Positions 27,779 to 35,975 of a stretch of DNA of 64,000 bases are shown here, one piece after another. This DNA comes from an uncultured virus (IMG/VR IMGVR_UViG_3300042521_003679) (taxonomy: Duplodnaviria; Heunggongvirae; Uroviricota; Caudoviricetes). Position 1 is the stretch's first letter, and each line of letters begins with the position of its first letter. Where the stretch lies: IMG/VR virus record IMGVR_UViG_3300042521_003679, one strand, 5' to 3'. Below the pieces are notes generated by a model. The model searched no databases. It saw only the letters and a list, made by a program, of their open reading frames with translations, and had not been told where the DNA came from. The translations under genes and the position numbers were made by a program.

Positions 27779-28894
27779 ATGGCTTCTCCTTCTCTCCTCC
27801 TCGCTCCTCCTGCGGTTCGCTCGAAGGCGCCTCGCTCTCCTCGCGAGCACTCCTCGAACCTCGCGCAGTTTGGCCTGACAATCCCCGGCCTTCTCACTTC
27901 AGGAGCTGCGAACGCGAAGCTCGCGAAAGGCGAAGGCCTCGCCTTCTCCTCGCTCCTTCATATGCTCCCCGCGAAAGGCCTCGCGCGCGCGCTCACTCCG
28001 GACTCGCATGCTTGCAACGTAAGGAGCGAGCTCCCCGGCCTTCGCGAGCTCGCGATTCGTTTCGGGCTCCTCGAGCGCGCGCTCGCGCTTAACGCTTGCG
28101 CCTTCTCGAGCGATGCTTGCAGGGATCTGTGTCTCGCCTTCTCAGGCCATGGCGGGATCTCGACCAACTGTGCCTCCTGCAGGGCTCGAAGAATGCTCGC
28201 CTTTCTATGGGACTCAGAGGCCTTTATAAAGGCGCTCCTGTGGTCCGGAGGCCTCGCAGCGCGAAAGGCGCGCAAGCTTCGCCTCCCCTTCGCCTTGCGC
28301 CTGAATGGCACACAAGAACTTCCATGGCATGAGCGGAGCATGAGCGCGCGCCTTTCTCCCGAGGAGGCTCGAGGCCTTTCTCGCCTTTATGGGAGCACAA
28401 TCCCTTCCGGTAGGCTCACAATCCCCGAGGCCTTGCGCGATGCTCGAGGCGTCCATCTTTATGACTACGCAAAGGCGCCTCTCGCGCGCCTCCTCGCCAT
28501 GAGAGAAGCCGGAATTCACACCACTGCGAGCCTTGCGGCTGACGCACCAGGGGGAGCACTTCGCGCGCTCGAGGCCTCGAGGCATGGCTTCTCGATTGCC
28601 GTACCAATATTGCTTGCAAAGGGCGAGCCTCTCCCTGGTGAGCTCATGCTCACGGCTCCCGGAGGAGGCCTTGCGCGCCTTGATTGCATCGATGGGGACC
28701 TTAACGACCTGCGCATGCTCGATCGAGCGCCTCGAGCTGGCTTCTCAGGCCTCGCGGTATTGCTTCGCCTTAAGCGCTCGAGAGGCTCGAAGCCTGAGAG
28801 CGCGAAGGCCTTCGCGCTCGCTCCGCATGCTGACTGGCAGGAGCTCGCAGGAGGAGGCCTCGCGCGCTTCTCGGGCTTGGGGGAATGCTCATGA
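27779..28894 (+). CDS. GP88-like protein (Cx6Cx3C, radical-SAM-like)
   Basis: NAKLAK, CAFSSDACRDLCL..SGHG, LRLNGTQE, YDYAK, IDGDLNDLRMLD. Confidence 0.75.
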   Translation: MASPSLLLAPPAVRSKAPRSPREHSSNLAQFGLTIPGLLTSGAANAKLAKGEGLAFSSLLHMLPAKGLARALTPDSHACNVRSELPGLRELAIRFGLLERALALNACAFSSDACRDLCLAFSGHGGISTNCASCRARRMLAFLWDSEAFIKALLWSGGLAARKARKLRLPFALRLNGTQELPWHERSMSARLSPEEARGLSRLYGSTIPSGRLTIPEALRDARGVHLYDYAKAPLARLLAMREAGIHTTASLAADAPGGALRALEASRHGFSIAVPILLAKGEPLPGELMLTAPGGGLARLDCIDGDLNDLRMLDRAPRAGFSGLAVLLRLKRSRGSKPESAKAFALAPHADWQELAGGGLARFSGLGECS

Positions 28895-29079
28895 GCTCCT
28901 CCTCCTTCTCCTCGCTCGAGCTCCTTCTCCTTCTCCTCGCTCTCGAAGCTTTCGAGCCTGAGAGCATGCTCGAGGAGGAGCTTCTCGAAGGCCTTCTCGA
29001 AAGGCTCGAGCGCTCCTCTCCTCGCCTCCCCTTCTCCTCCTCTCGAGAAGCTCGCGCGCGCCTCCTGCGAGGCTCCTGA
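28891..29079 (+). CDS. Small low-complexity protein in AC/GT-depleted island
   Basis: ATGA-coupled to GP88-like gene; followed by terminator. Confidence 0.5.
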   Translation: MSSSSFSSLELLLLLLALEAFEPESMLEEELLEGLLERLERSSPRLPFSSSREARARLLRGS

Positions 29080-29103
29080 GAGCTCTCAGGCTGGTCCTGT
29101 TCC

Positions 29104-29135
29104 GAGGCCTCTCCTTCATATGGGGAGGCCTTTCT
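29104..29135 (+). terminator. Terminator hairpin closing the island
   Basis: GAGGCCTCTCC-TTCATAT-GGGGAGGCCTT. Confidence 0.65.
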
Positions 29136-29644
29136 CATGCGAAGGAGGGAGAATCTTTAATTTTATCGGTTGATCAGCGTTCTTAATTATTGCAAACCAT
29201 AAAATGGTATCAACGGCTACAGAATTGGCGACGGATTGGTGGTAGATTGGCTGCAGCGCAGTAGCACGGCAAAAAGTTTTACGGGGGTGCGGGGTATCCC
29301 AAAATTGATGACGGGATATTTTCAAACGACTTTTTCTGCCCAATATTTACACCCACTCCAACAATTTACGCACGTGCTTATAAAGCTAGTGCGCACTGCG
29401 CGAACGATCTAGTCTGCAATGCATTGGAGTGAGCGCATTAAGATTGTTCGCACCAAGGAAAGGCTTACGAGAAGAAGCCGCCCAAAGCGGCGTAGATTAA
29501 TGCCTTTCCCATAGATTTTTCTTAGTAATGCCGTTATGGCATAAATTATTGCTTAATTTTCATTTTTCTATTGCTGCTGCGCACACTTTCAGCGGCTCGA
29601 GGCTATTTACGAGCATTTAAGCAGAAGAAGAAAGTCGTTTAGGA

Positions 29645-29821
29645 GATGGTTGTTAGAAGAGGCCCTTGGAACAATCGCCTTGGGGGCTTCTGCGCGTATC
29701 GGGCCTCTGCGAAGGGAGCTTATGAAAGCTTTTCGAGAGGGCCAGGAGGAAGGTCGCTTGAAACAATCGCCTTGAGGGCTTTCTTCGCGAGGCGACCTTC
29801 CTTGCAGCGTTAACAACCATC
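29645..29821 (-). ncRNA. Candidate structured RNA or ssDNA element
   Basis: Outer 11-bp inverted repeat enclosing two hairpins with near-identical loops; strand inferred from TATGAT upstream on minus strand. Confidence 0.45.
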
Positions 29822-29988
29822 GTTAACTATTTCAGGCGGCTGCTGCGCCTATGCCTATCATATATCGGCCTGTGGGTCTTCTGCGACGGTTTTACTAGGG
29901 TTTTGGGCAATGAAGCTTAAAAATTAAAGAATTTCTTAACAATTCAATTGGGAATAAAGCGGCTATGCTGAAGCCTGCCCGAGAAGCC

Positions 29989-30228
29989 ATGAGCTACCAC
30001 GACCCCTTTGAAACGGTTTCGGAAGTACGTTCCGTATGGCGCATCCACACGCCCAGCAGGCGCTATAAGAACAAAGTGCTAGCAATGTTTGAGAAGCTCA
30101 TGCAACTGCCCAAAGCCAGCTTTTACAAAACCAGCTTTCCAAGATACGATGGTTATCAATTTGACCTCCTTTCCTTTTCCATTGATCATGGAGAAGAAAG
30201 CTTGTCTTCTTTTTACCCTGATTGGTGA
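29989..30228 (+). CDS. Hypothetical protein
   Basis: ATG ORF. Confidence 0.55.
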   Translation: MSYHDPFETVSEVRSVWRIHTPSRRYKNKVLAMFEKLMQLPKASFYKTSFPRYDGYQFDLLSFSIDHGEESLSSFYPDW

Positions 30229-30632
30229 TGGCTTATTCTCTTGAGGAGCTTTGTCGCCTCGCCACTAAATACGCCCTGTGTCCTGAAATGTCTGAACCTT
30301 CCCTTTCTGAGCTAAAGAAGCGCTTTGCTGGTTTTGAATGGTGCGCCGATAAAGCCACTGCCGCTGCTTTTGGTTATTACGCCGCCATGGAAGAAGCCAA
30401 TGGTAAGAAGACTATTACAAAAGGCATTCATGAGCAATGCTCGTCAGTAGTGGAAGAGGCGATAGAAGGGAAAATTGATTCGCTAGAAGCTACGGACAGA
30501 ATTCTCACTCTTGTACATTGCTGGCTTTGCGAAGAAATGATGGAAGACGAAGAAGAACTAGAGCAGCTTGATCTCCTGTTTGACCCCTTTTTGATCAGCA
30601 GAGATTTTGTCGAGAAATATCAACAAGATTAG
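30228..30632 (+). CDS. Hypothetical acidic protein
   Basis: Coupled ORF. Confidence 0.7.
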   Translation: MAYSLEELCRLATKYALCPEMSEPSLSELKKRFAGFEWCADKATAAAFGYYAAMEEANGKKTITKGIHEQCSSVVEEAIEGKIDSLEATDRILTLVHCWLCEEMMEDEEELEQLDLLFDPFLISRDFVEKYQQD

Positions 30633-31597
30633 TCTCTATAAAACATTGAAGCAGCATGTAGCACGCTAAAGCCTTCTAGATTGAGCCTCTGAAGACGTTC
30701 GGGATAGAAGCAAGCAAGGCGATGATCTTCCATGTCTTTGTTGCGCAATGCCAAGCGCAAATCACGATCATCCATGTTGCAAGCGCTGAAGGGCTTTTTG
30801 AGAATGGTTTTTACAAAATTAAAGGTGCTCTCAAACAATTCTGGCGAATAGAGCTTTGTTGCTCGGCTATACACTGTCATATACCTTTCCATTGTCAAAC
30901 GATTGCCAATGGCATAAAGGTCACAAATGTCGTTGCCATGAGGCCCTTCATGTTGCCATAGCTCATCTTCGGGCTCTGGCCCCTCGCTTCTTTTGTCTCG
31001 CCAGCCCTGTTCCCACCATTTACGATGCTGCTCGCAGCAAGCTAAACAACCTCCTCCGCCTCCTGGATGCTTATGCACTGCTTCGTTAGAGGCAATGAGC
31101 AAACGAGCAAAGCGAGGGTCTTCGGAAAGAAAAAATTCTCTTTTGTCCCAGCGCTTAGGCTCTATATCAAAACGAAGCTTAACAATGGTGGAATGCTCTA
31201 TGTCATTTTCTTTTTCCCATTGAACCATTTGCTCATAGCTGCGCTGCATGGAATAGAGCTGCATGCCAATGTGCTTCTTTGCGGCTTGTTTGTCCAATAG
31301 AAAAGCTCGTTCAGGCAGCACTAATTGAGCCTCCGTTTTATCTTCATCCTCAAAGCAATAGTTCTTAAAAGGAAGCGCGTTAATCATTTCTTGCTTGCCT
31401 TCCAAAGGCACCTTCACATAGGAGCCTTCAATGCGCTGCTTTCCTCGTTGCTCCACTTGACAATCCACCGTCCAAGAATGGAAAAAGCAGTTGACAATGG
31501 CGCCATCAGCCTCGAGCGCATCAATTAGTTCTCGCCATCGTCCTGCATGCTTCATAAAGCTACGCTTATGGCCAGAAAACAACAGGGCAATGTACAT
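30629..31597 (-). CDS. Putative glycosyltransferase (GT-A-like)
   Basis: IALLFSGHKRSF, FFHSW, QLYSM, IVKLRFDI, CDLYAIG, PE motifs. Confidence 0.65.
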   Translation of the reverse strand: MYIALLFSGHKRSFMKHAGRWRELIDALEADGAIVNCFFHSWTVDCQVEQRGKQRIEGSYVKVPLEGKQEMINALPFKNYCFEDEDKTEAQLVLPERAFLLDKQAAKKHIGMQLYSMQRSYEQMVQWEKENDIEHSTIVKLRFDIEPKRWDKREFFLSEDPRFARLLIASNEAVHKHPGGGGGCLACCEQHRKWWEQGWRDKRSEGPEPEDELWQHEGPHGNDICDLYAIGNRLTMERYMTVYSRATKLYSPELFESTFNFVKTILKKPFSACNMDDRDLRLALRNKDMEDHRLACFYPERLQRLNLEGFSVLHAASMFYRD

Positions 31598-31688
31598 TGT
31601 GCGATTGTTAATTTTCTAGCTTTGTAGCCAATCCTACTCTCCCCCCATTGTTTCTTTTGATAGCGTGGAAGGATTAAGCTTTGGTGCC

Positions 31689-31877
31689 ATGCTAGATGAT
31701 CTGCCAATGCCTTTCATGGCTGGAGCGATTAAGCTTTGGCCCGTTCACAGTCGCCCTGGCTATCAATGGTTCATTGCTTACGGAGGTAAGCCGTATTATT
31801 TCCGTGCAAAAAGCGAAGCGTTGCTTTTTGCTAGGGATCAGCAAAGTGGAAGTGATCCTGAAGGGCTTTGCGACTGA
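31689..31877 (+). CDS. Hypothetical protein
   Basis: Short ORF before RNR. Confidence 0.6.
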   Translation: MLDDLPMPFMAGAIKLWPVHSRPGYQWFIAYGGKPYYFRAKSEALLFARDQQSGSDPEGLCD

Positions 31878-31929
31878 GCTACAGTAAGGAGTGTTCGTTC
31901 GGCCCGCGCAAAGCGGGCTTTGTTGTCTC

Positions 31930-33360
31930 ATGAAGCTCAAAGAAAGCGCAAAGTGCGAAAAGATTGCTCGAACTGGACGAGTGGAGAGCTGGTTAAATGA
32001 TCCTGAGGGGCGCTTGGCCGTGAGTTGCACGGTGTTCGTCGTGGAAGATTCAATGGAAGGGCCAGATGGCATTGAGCAATCGTGGCGCTTTGTTTCCCAT
32101 GGCCTTCGTAATGGCGCTGGCGTGGCAGTGCATCTTTCCAACTTGCGTCCCAAAGGCCAAGAAAATGGCAAAGGGCTTGTTGCGAGTGGTCCACTCAGCT
32201 TTGGCAAAATCTATTCCACGCTCAATGAAATTCTGCGTCGTGGTGGCAAGTACAAAAATGGCGCTGTTGTTTTACATCTTGACTACGACCATCCCGATGC
32301 CATTGATTTGATCACTGCTCCGCGATCAGAATTTCCATGGGCAAAGCGCTGCATTGATGTGGATGAGCAATTTCTTGATAAATCTTCGCCTGAATTTATC
32401 AAAGCATTATGCCAAGGCATTTCCAGCGGAGATATTTGGCTCAATAAGATTCGCTATAACGAAAGAGGAGAACGCTTGCGTGGAAATGTCTGCCTCGAGA
32501 TTTATCTTCCTCATCGTGGCACTTGCCTTTTACAGCATGTCAATCTCGGTGCTTGTGGCATCAATGATGTAGAGCAAGCTTTCAAGGATGGCATGAAGCA
32601 ACTGTGTGAGCTTCATCCTTCCACTGGCGTGGGCGACACTGGCGAATACCTTTCGCCTTCCATTGACAAGCAAGTGGGGCTTGGCATTCTTGGTTTAGCT
32701 AATTTCCTTTCCATTCATGACATCTCCTACGAAGATTTTGGCAAAGCTTTGGAAGCTTATCTTGATGAGGATCCTCATCCTTGGTGCCATCATTGGACTG
32801 ATCAGCGTGCTGGCGACGCCGTAGCCGCCATTCAATTGGGCTTGCTTGGTGCTGCGGACATTGCCAGGCAGCATGGCATGGAACGTGCCTTTACCATTGC
32901 CCCCACTGCTTCATGCTCTTATAGGTATTTGGACTCTAGAGGCTTTACGACTGCTCCTGAAATCGCTCCTCCCATTGACCAAATTATTGACCGTGATAGC
33001 GAGACGATGGGTGTGGAAAGATTTGAATATGGGCCAGTGGAAATTGCAGAGCAAGTGGGCTGGGAAGCATTTAAGAAAGTAGCCGATGGCATTGTTGAGC
33101 TGATGCGCCGCACTGGTCTTTTCCATGGCTATTCCATGAACTGGTGGTCTGATATGACCGTTTGTGATGAAGCTTTTCTTCGCGAATGGCTTGCCAGTCC
33201 TCAATCGTCTATTTACTATGCGCTGCAAGTGCAATCAGGCACACAAGCAAAGGACGATGTTGGAGTAGACTTGGGAGAGAGTCTGGCCGACTTCTTTAGC
33301 TTGGACGAGCCTGAGGCTTGTTCTTTGGAAGCTGGCTTCTGTAGCGCCTGCGCAGAGTGA
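31930..33360 (+). CDS. Minimal ribonucleotide reductase catalytic subunit (cyanophage SP / class O-slash type)
   Basis: IARTGRV, VSCTVF, NVCLEI finger loop, TCLL, IAPTASCS, YY, C-terminal CSAC; about 476 aa. Confidence 0.9.
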   Translation: MKLKESAKCEKIARTGRVESWLNDPEGRLAVSCTVFVVEDSMEGPDGIEQSWRFVSHGLRNGAGVAVHLSNLRPKGQENGKGLVASGPLSFGKIYSTLNEILRRGGKYKNGAVVLHLDYDHPDAIDLITAPRSEFPWAKRCIDVDEQFLDKSSPEFIKALCQGISSGDIWLNKIRYNERGERLRGNVCLEIYLPHRGTCLLQHVNLGACGINDVEQAFKDGMKQLCELHPSTGVGDTGEYLSPSIDKQVGLGILGLANFLSIHDISYEDFGKALEAYLDEDPHPWCHHWTDQRAGDAVAAIQLGLLGAADIARQHGMERAFTIAPTASCSYRYLDSRGFTTAPEIAPPIDQIIDRDSETMGVERFEYGPVEIAEQVGWEAFKKVADGIVELMRRTGLFHGYSMNWWSDMTVCDEAFLREWLASPQSSIYYALQVQSGTQAKDDVGVDLGESLADFFSLDEPEACSLEAGFCSACAE

Positions 33361-33437
33361 GCCACGTTTAAGACAATGGGGCAGCAGTAGCTGCCCTTGT
33401 TTGTCGTCCTTTGTTTTTTACCATTGCTTCTTTTCAC

Positions 33438-34163
33438 ATGGCAGTTCTTGATTATTTTTCTGCAGTTGCCCGCAAGCGTCCTTGGCAAGCAGTGCCTGTT
33501 ACTAAAGGTGATTTTGTGGAAGGCTCCGAGGAAACGATTTTCCGCGCCCTTGCCATTCGTCACCTTGAACTGCCTGTGAAGGACATGCTTCTCGAGGGCC
33601 TAGAGCGGGAACTTCCTAACAGTCCTGGGCTTATTGAATCCATTCATAGCAATATGGCCGACGAAGAGCGTCATGACGAAGCTCTCAATTACGTTGCTGC
33701 TGCTCATGGCACAAATGAGCAATCGGAAAAAGAAGCTTTTCGGATTCGCCAAGCATGGATCGACCATCCAGCCCATCCAATTCTCAAGGTGGCAACAATT
33801 GAACGCAGTTTGTTTTTTACAATTTTGCCGTTCTTTCGTTTCAATGGCGACAAAGGGTTGAGGACTGTTGCTAGTGACATTTCTCGCGATGAAATATGCC
33901 ACTCGTTTTGCAATACCAAGATTGCGGAGGAGTCTGGGGAGGAATACAGCAGCAGTCTGAACAAGCTCAGAAAAATGACGGCGCTGTGGATTTACGATAA
34001 GCTTGATTCTTCGTCCAATAAATACTTGGACAAAGATTTTTGGCTTCGCCAAAGTGATAGCCTTTTTCTCAGCGGTAAAGCCCCAGAATTGCAAGAAACT
34101 CGTGCCAGTACAGTGCCAGCGTTTTTTGAAACGAATGCGCTGAATTTACCGTCCTATGGTTGA
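33438..34163 (+). CDS. Ferritin-like RNR small subunit
   Basis: ELPV, DEERH, E, DEICH carboxylate/His motifs; adjacent to catalytic subunit. Confidence 0.85.
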   Translation: MAVLDYFSAVARKRPWQAVPVTKGDFVEGSEETIFRALAIRHLELPVKDMLLEGLERELPNSPGLIESIHSNMADEERHDEALNYVAAAHGTNEQSEKEAFRIRQAWIDHPAHPILKVATIERSLFFTILPFFRFNGDKGLRTVASDISRDEICHSFCNTKIAEESGEEYSSSLNKLRKMTALWIYDKLDSSSNKYLDKDFWLRQSDSLFLSGKAPELQETRASTVPAFFETNALNLPSYG

Positions 34164-34405
34164 GTGGGCTTTTCCGACTTATCTGCTCTACAGTAGTCTG
34201 TGACAGAGGCCAAGCCCCTGTTTGAGCCGCTTGCGGCTGTTCACGCTTGGCCCATCTCTTGCTACGATTGTCAAGCAGCGCACGGACTGGAAATTTCTGG
34301 TCGTTGCGTTTGTAAACTAAGTCCTGCTTGCAGGCCGGGAGAGTTGATCGCCTCCTGCAGTCCTCCCCCTAAGCCTCTTAACAATGCTTAAATTTGGGGG
34401 TCACT

Positions 34406-34473
34406 GGCCCTGAAGTGTTGGCACACGTCATGCAGATAGCATGGAATACTGGGTTCGATTCCCGGCAGCGCCC
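34406..34473 (+). tRNA. Atypical tRNA-like element (GAT at anticodon position)
   Basis: Acceptor GGCCCTG/CAGCGCC (one mismatch), 4-nt D-loop, CAGATAG loop, T-arm CTGGG-TTCGATT-CCCGG. Confidence 0.5.
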
Positions 34474-34488
34474 TTTTCGTTAATCCCT

Positions 34489-35049
34489 ATGAGCGCCTTC
34501 GTTATTGGAGATAGCCACTGGGGACACGCCAAAAGCTTGTCTTTTGTCCAGCCCGATGGCTCCCCATTGCGTCCTTTTTCTTCGTGCGAAGAGATGGATG
34601 AGACAATGGTGGAGCGGTGGAATGCAGTGGTCAAGGACAAGGACACTGTTTACCATCTTGGCGACGTAGCAATTCCGCGTAGTGGGCTAAAAAACTTAGC
34701 CAGATGCAATGGGAGAAAGATTCTTATTCGCGGCAATCACGACACGTTCAAGCTCAAAGACTACGCCGAGTATTTTGAAGACATTCGCGGGGCCATGTTT
34801 CACCATGCAGGCAAGGCATTGCCAGGTGGTCTTATTTTCACGCACATTCCAGTGCATCCCGACAATCTTCGTGGGCACTATCTAGGTAATGTTCACGGAC
34901 ACCTTCACTGCCATCTAGTGATAAAAGATGGGCAAGTTGATCAACGATTTTTCAATGCCTGCGTTGAGAGGAACGATTTCACTCCTGTAGCATTGGATTT
35001 GATCGTCGATCACTTCCGCACCAATGTCCGAGGAGCGGCGAACTTTTAA
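34489..35049 (+). CDS. Calcineurin-like metallophosphoesterase
   Basis: DSHWGH, HLGDV, GNHD, THIP, HGHLH. Confidence 0.9.
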   Translation: MSAFVIGDSHWGHAKSLSFVQPDGSPLRPFSSCEEMDETMVERWNAVVKDKDTVYHLGDVAIPRSGLKNLARCNGRKILIRGNHDTFKLKDYAEYFEDIRGAMFHHAGKALPGGLIFTHIPVHPDNLRGHYLGNVHGHLHCHLVIKDGQVDQRFFNACVERNDFTPVALDLIVDHFRTNVRGAANF

Positions 35050-35224
35050 CACGCCGTTGCGTGAGCCTCTCAATCCCATCATCCATCGTCTTCTTCAAGC
35101 CATTGATTGGCACAATTCCCGCTATTTCGAGGATCATGATCCTTGGCACTTGGAAAAAGCGGAAAGCTTGCGAAGCTATGTGAGAGAACTAAAAAACTGG
35201 GTGAAGAAAAAAGAAGAAGGGTGA
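35024..35224 (+). CDS. Hypothetical protein
   Basis: FNTPLREP.NPII...ID.H...WH pattern. Confidence 0.7.
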   Translation: MSEERRTFNTPLREPLNPIIHRLLQAIDWHNSRYFEDHDPWHLEKAESLRSYVRELKNWVKKKEEG

Positions 35225-35415
35225 GGCAGAGTTTTCCCGCATTAGGGAATCAATGGGTGCGGCCCATGCTCTGCCTTGTTGTGAGTGCTTCAACTCACTC
35301 ACGGAATCCCCAAAGCCAACAGTGACGAGGATGTTGGAGCGGGGAGAGCCTGAGCCCTCCCTTGGTATGAATACCACTAGGCGCCTAGTGGGCTCCTGCA
35401 GGAAGCTTGCAAAGC
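35224..35415. ncRNA. Candidate structured RNA (chain of hairpins)
   Basis: Several consecutive stems, including a three-way junction at 35224-35276. Confidence 0.35.
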
Positions 35416-35546
35416 TTAGCAGACTTCCGTCCAATACACGGCGGCTCCTTCTAGGAACAATCGCCTATTTACATGCCGAGCTTCGTGGAATGGCACTTCC
35501 CATGTTTCCCGCTTTCCATGGCGAGAAAAGAACAAACGTACCACGA

Positions 35547-35723
35547 TCAATCAGCAGTTGCAGCGGTGAGTTCCCTGTATTCCTCTTCCCATTGCCTCAT
35601 TGCTGCCCTTGCAAGCCTCGCTTCTTCGCTATTGGGGCCATATAGCCTGCCGCTCTCTTCAACGGCTCTAGAGGCTTCCATGGCGAACTCCCAGGCTTCT
35701 TCCGCAGCGCGTAACAGGGCCAT
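35547..35723 (-). CDS. Small hypothetical protein (58 aa)
   Basis: MALLRAAEEAWEFA...TAATAD*. Confidence 0.55.
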   Translation of the reverse strand: MALLRAAEEAWEFAMEASRAVEESGRLYGPNSEEARLARAAMRQWEEEYRELTAATAD

Positions 35724-35749
35724 GGAGAAGAAGGAGGGTTGTCATTAGT

Positions 35750-35926
35750 TTAGCCTTGCAAGTTTTTCATTGCTTTCACCACTTTCTCGGCTTCCCTAAG
35801 TTTGGGCAAAAGCGTAGGCTTATAGGCGTGTTCTGCCGCAAGAAGCTGCAAAGCCGTTTGCCTGTCGGCTTCAAGCAGGGCAAGGATAAAAGCCAGTTCC
35901 TTGCTGGAAAGTTCAACGCCAATCAT
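35750..35926 (-). CDS. Small hypothetical protein (58 aa)
   Basis: MIGVELSSKELAFILALLE...*. Confidence 0.55.
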   Translation of the reverse strand: MIGVELSSKELAFILALLEADRQTALQLLAAEHAYKPTLLPKLREAEKVVKAMKNLQG

Positions 35927-35975
35927 TTTTCAACAACAGTGAAAACAGTGTGATTGGTGAAAATTCTAAAGGCAA

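Noticed and set aside
27280..29138. Antisense Arg/Ser-rich ORFs in the island
   Set aside because: By-products of TA depletion, which removes stop codons
27080..29160. Island as synthetic polylinker or contaminant
   Set aside because: Encodes an intact GP88-like ORF and shares the native operator and CT-rich leaders; a chimera still needs read-level exclusion
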